The translations under genes were made by a program, and so were the position numbers. The notes below the pieces were generated by a model. The model saw only the letters and a program-made list of their open reading frames with translations. It was not told the origin of the DNA and did not search any database. Positions 60,535-64,000 of a stretch of DNA of 64,000 nt are shown in pieces; within the stretch, counting starts at the first letter, position 1; the number at the start of each line of letters is the position of its first letter. This DNA is from an uncultured bacterium (GTDB taxonomy: Bacteria > Krumholzibacteriota > Krumholzibacteriia > LZORAL124-64-63), in the NCBI GenBank assembly GCA_963732385.1, contig CAVSZB010000007.1, positions 1,472,001-1,536,000 on the forward strand, in the 5' to 3' direction.

Positions 60535-62474
60535 GAAATCGCGCGGATCTGATTAGTCACGGCGTGATCGATGGATGACGGGGTGGGCGGGGTCTGCTGC
60601 GCCGCCAGCCAGGCTTGGAACATCAGGATATTCCACAAGTAGTTGCTTCGATCGACTTTGCCGCCCAGATGCTCCTGCCAGCGTTCGCGCACCAGCTTGG
60701 CGTCGAGCCAGCCGCTTTCTCGCAGGGTCGCCAGCGACAACAGATTTTCGGCCCAGTCGCGCAGGTCGTCGCGCAACCACCGGTTGATCGGCACGCCGAA
60801 TCCGCTCTTCGGTCGATCGACGAGCCGGTTCGGCACGTAGCGGTCAAGCAACGCGCGCAGGGGCCACTTGCCGCGCCCATCATGCCACTTGAGCGCCGCG
60901 GGCAGGCTCCAGGCAAATTCCACCACCCGATGATCGAGCAGCGGGATCCGGGACTCGAGACCGACGCTCATCCCCGCCCGGTCCACTTTGGCCAGGATGT
61001 CACCGGGCAGATAGCTGACAGCGTCGAGCCACATCATTTCATCACGAAAATCGTCCAGCCGCGCCTGTCCAGCCGGATCGGTGAGAATCGTCACTGTCTC
61101 GGCGGCGCCGGGGACCAGGCGCCCGGGCTCCCGGCAATGCGAGACCAGTCGCCGGTACAGGGCCGTCCGATCGCCGACGCCCAGAACCTCCCCCAGCTTG
61201 ACGGCCCACGGGTTCACCGGCGGCACCATCGACGCCAACATTCGCCGCAGAGGCGCCGAAACACGTTTGACCTGCCGCCACTGGTGTTCAGCATGATCGT
61301 AACGTTTGTAACCGCCGAACAGCTCGTCACCACCGTCGCCGGAGAGGCACACCGTAACCTGCGTCCGCGCCATGCGGCTGACGAGGATGGTCGGGACCTG
61401 CGAGGGGTCTCCGAAGGGCTCGTCGTAGATCATCGGGAGCAACGTGATCACGTCGAGAGTCTCGCGCGGCGACACGTAGAGTTCGGTATGGTCCGTCCCC
61501 AAGTGCGAGGCCACGTCTCGCGCGAAGTTGGCTTCGTTGAACTCCGCCTCCGAGAACCCAATGGTGAAGGTGCGCACCGGCCGCGCACTCTGTGCCTGCA
61601 TCAAAGCGACCACGAGGGACGAGTCGATGCCGCCGGAAAGGAACGCACCCACCGGCACATCCGCCACCATCTGGCCCGCCACCGCCGCGCGCAGCAGTTC
61701 ATCCAACCGCGAAAGCGCCTCCTGCGGGCACCCGGCAAAACGATTGGCCTGCGCCGCCTGCACCGTCTCCGCCGCCGACCAGTAGGCACGCGGCTCAGCG
61801 CAAGGCGTGGCGGCGGCAGCGGCGGGGACGCTCAGAAAAGCCCCCGGCAACAGCTTTCGCACGCCGCGGTAGATCGCATAGGGCTCGGGCACGTAGCTGT
61901 AGCGCAGGTAGAGCGCGAGCACGTCGCGGTCGAGGTTTCCGTGCCAACCGGGGAACGCGCACATCGCCTTGAGCTCGGAGGCGAAGAGAAGAACCGAACC
62001 TGACCAACCGTAGTAGAGAGGCTTCTCGCCCATGCGGTCGCGGGCCAGATGCAGGCAGCGCTCCCGGCCGTCCCACAGAGCAAGGCTGAACATACCCACC
62101 AGGCGAGGCAGCGTAGCCTCGAGCCCCCAGCGCGCAACAGCGGCTAGCAGCACTTCCGTATCGGAGGTACCGCGCCACCCGCCCTCTCCGGCAGCCTCCA
62201 GTTCGCGCCGCAGCTCCTGGTAGTTGTAGATCTCACCGTTGAACACGACAGTCCACCGACCATCGTTCGACGCCATCGGCTGGTGTCCCTGAGGTGACAG
62301 ATCGATGATCGAGAGACGGCGGTGGCCCAAGGCGATGCCAGCTGCCTCATCGCACCAATGTCCTGAGTCGTCCGGGCCGCGGTGTGTGAGTGCATCGGTC
62401 ATCCGACGCACGGCTTCCTGCGGCGACGTAACGACCAGACCTCCAGGTGCCCAAAAGCCCGCGATGCCACACAT
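60531..62474 (-). CDS. asnB: Asparagine synthase (glutamine-hydrolyzing)-like amidotransferase
   Basis: 'MCGIAG', 'HRGPD', 'HRRLSIID', 'FNGEIYN', 'LSGGIDSS', 'SGDGGDELFGGY', 'KVDRAGM'. Confidence 0.92.
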   Translation of the reverse strand: MCGIAGFWAPGGLVVTSPQEAVRRMTDALTHRGPDDSGHWCDEAAGIALGHRRLSIIDLSPQGHQPMASNDGRWTVVFNGEIYNYQELRRELEAAGEGGWRGTSDTEVLLAAVARWGLEATLPRLVGMFSLALWDGRERCLHLARDRMGEKPLYYGWSGSVLLFASELKAMCAFPGWHGNLDRDVLALYLRYSYVPEPYAIYRGVRKLLPGAFLSVPAAAAATPCAEPRAYWSAAETVQAAQANRFAGCPQEALSRLDELLRAAVAGQMVADVPVGAFLSGGIDSSLVVALMQAQSARPVRTFTIGFSEAEFNEANFARDVASHLGTDHTELYVSPRETLDVITLLPMIYDEPFGDPSQVPTILVSRMARTQVTVCLSGDGGDELFGGYKRYDHAEHQWRQVKRVSAPLRRMLASMVPPVNPWAVKLGEVLGVGDRTALYRRLVSHCREPGRLVPGAAETVTILTDPAGQARLDDFRDEMMWLDAVSYLPGDILAKVDRAGMSVGLESRIPLLDHRVVEFAWSLPAALKWHDGRGKWPLRALLDRYVPNRLVDRPKSGFGVPINRWLRDDLRDWAENLLSLATLRESGWLDAKLVRERWQEHLGGKVDRSNYLWNILMFQAWLAAQQTPPTPSSIDHAVTNQIRAIS

Positions 62475-62619
62475 GATTGTTCCCATCTGGGCTGGCGCCC
62501 GGCCGCCGGCACGGGGCCGGCATCACAAGCGACAGATAGTAGTACCGCCCAGGTCGCATCGTCAATCGACTGACGGGCCCTACATGATGCTGCATAAATA
62601 ATGCAACGATCGCGACAAC

Positions 62620-63062
62620 AGTGACAGGCAGCGCCGCTCCCTTGTGGGCGCCGAGATCGCCCCAGACGACGATCACCGGGCCTGACGGTCAGCCCCGGAA
62701 TCACCGACAGGTGCCCGCAACAAAGGACATGGCGCAGGATCGGCGTCAGACCGCGTTGAACCCAGGTTCGCCGTACGACGGAAGTCAGCTGGGAACCCGT
62801 CTCGTCGACTAAGGCGATGTGGGCGCCCAGCCGCGCGGCGCGTAGTATACCCGCGGCCAGACTTCTTCCTGCCACTGTCGGATTCCGGCCTCATCACGCG
62901 GCCATACGCGACGCTGCGGGACTTGGCAGATCCAACCCAGCGCGTGCATAAAGCGGCCGACATAATCGCGATGATAGCGCACGTCGGACTGTTCGCTGAT
63001 CACCTTGGCAATCCTCGCGGTCGTCCACAGCTCCGTGCTGAAGCTGCTCCTGCCCACCCACC
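62620..63062 (-). mobile_element. Degenerate IS630-family transposase remnant
   Basis: Fragments in different frames: 'TELWTTARIAKVI...YHRDYVGRFMHALGW..Q.P.RR...RDE', 'LVDETG...RRTW..RG.TP', 'IVVWGDLGAHK'. Confidence 0.75.
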
Positions 63063-64000
63063 TCAGTCACCACGCGGCCCCCGGAACGACGCTGTCGAGG
63101 AACCGTAACGCAGAACTGCTAACATGCCGCGTGCCTTAGTCCACGACTCGCGATAAAAGGCCAGTAAATCGGACAATCCCACTGTGTATGGCAAATGGAC
63201 GGGTATGATTCTATTCATGAACATATTGCCGATCAGCCTGCTCCCGATCATCAGCACCGCCTGCGCCGCGATGATCCCCACCATCCCGCCAAGCGCCATG
63301 CCGGCATACAAAAGCACCGGCGCCAGAAGGAGCGAGACAGCATTAGCCCAAATGGAAATGTCGTTACGGCTCATCGCGCGTAGAACCATCGATGAATTGA
63401 AAACAAGACCCAGCTTGACCAGCGTATTGATACGAAAGATCGGAATCGCGTCCGCATAGGCATCAGTGAACATGAACAGGATCAACGGCTTGGAGACCAG
63501 CAGCAGAAGCAGCACGAACGGCAGGGCGGCGGCGTAGCAACTGGTCAGTATGCGCCGCCAAAGCAGCCGGATGCCCTCCCAGTCCTTCTGTTGCTCCAGC
63601 AGCGCGAACTGGCCGAGCGCCACAACCGCTAGCGACTGAACAAACATCTGGATAAACGGCAGCTCCGTGCAGCCGGCGGAATAGACAGCATAAGCCTCAG
63701 TTCCATAATAGCGGCTAACAAAGAATTCATGAAGCCGAACGAGCATTGAGAATATTGTCCCAGAAGACCCAAGCACGATCCCGTAGCGAATCTGTTTCCG
63801 GATACCGAAGAAGTAGCGCTCGGCCCTAAACCCGTGCAAGCGCCAGTGGATATATACGAGCATAGCCAGCAGCTGCAAAGCGCGGGCAGCGACCAAAGCG
63901 ATCAGAACGGCATCGAGCCGCAGGGTCAGAAACGCCGCCACTACACAAAATACGCTCACCAGAGTCTGGCCGGCCACCTCGAAAACTGCAGCCGCCTTCA
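63063..64000 (-). CDS. Wzx-like oligosaccharide flippase (5' part outside window)
   Basis: Multi-TM protein; 'FFVSRYYGTEAYAVYSAG', 'LFMFTDAYADAIPIF'; polysaccharide locus context. Confidence 0.75.
   Translation of the reverse strand, partial: KAAAVFEVAGQTLVSVFCVVAAFLTLRLDAVLIALVAARALQLLAMLVYIHWRLHGFRAERYFFGIRKQIRYGIVLGSSGTIFSMLVRLHEFFVSRYYGTEAYAVYSAGCTELPFIQMFVQSLAVVALGQFALLEQQKDWEGIRLLWRRILTSCYAAALPFVLLLLLVSKPLILFMFTDAYADAIPIFRINTLVKLGLVFNSSMVLRAMSRNDISIWANAVSLLLAPVLLYAGMALGGMVGIIAAQAVLMIGSRLIGNMFMNRIIPVHLPYTVGLSDLLAFYRESWTKARGMLAVLRYGSSTASFRGPRGD

Noticed and set aside
62602..62618. Possible sigma54 promoter upstream of asnB (minus strand TGTCGCGATCGTTGCA)
   Set aside because: Lacks the invariant GG at -24

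Overview
High-GC bacterial chromosomal segment with about 50 genes. Three proteins end in FlgD-Ig-type 'PNPFNP' C-terminal domains, and the window also has a long-form GreA and futalosine mqnA/mqnC. Together these suggest an FCB-related candidate lineage such as Krumholzibacteriota, Latescibacterota or Eisenbacteria; this is inference, not a database result. 1-18 kb is rich in peptidases, mostly exported (two S9, an Ntn isoaspartyl peptidase, M24, S8, M16). 20-25 kb holds a compact acpS / acetate-CoA-ligase-like / ACP / Kbl-like operon divergent from a YdfG-like SDR. 25-40 kb holds long GreA, nfo, cobB, an orphan histidine kinase, a GT4, a secreted TPP II-like subtilase, a trans-sulfuration lyase and a RelA/SpoT-like protein. 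39.6-45.7 kb is a sigma54 two-component system flanked on both sides by genes for secreted DxDxDG-repeat proteins, each with its own -24/-12 promoter and a shared GTCGA-N5-TCGAC upstream element. mqnA-mqnC follow. 48-64 kb is a mosaic surface-polysaccharide locus with pseudogene debris and an IS630 remnant. I saw no rRNA, tRNA or CRISPR array. The best candidates for an undescribed system are the ACP-linked Kbl operon and the sigma54/DxDxDG regulon.
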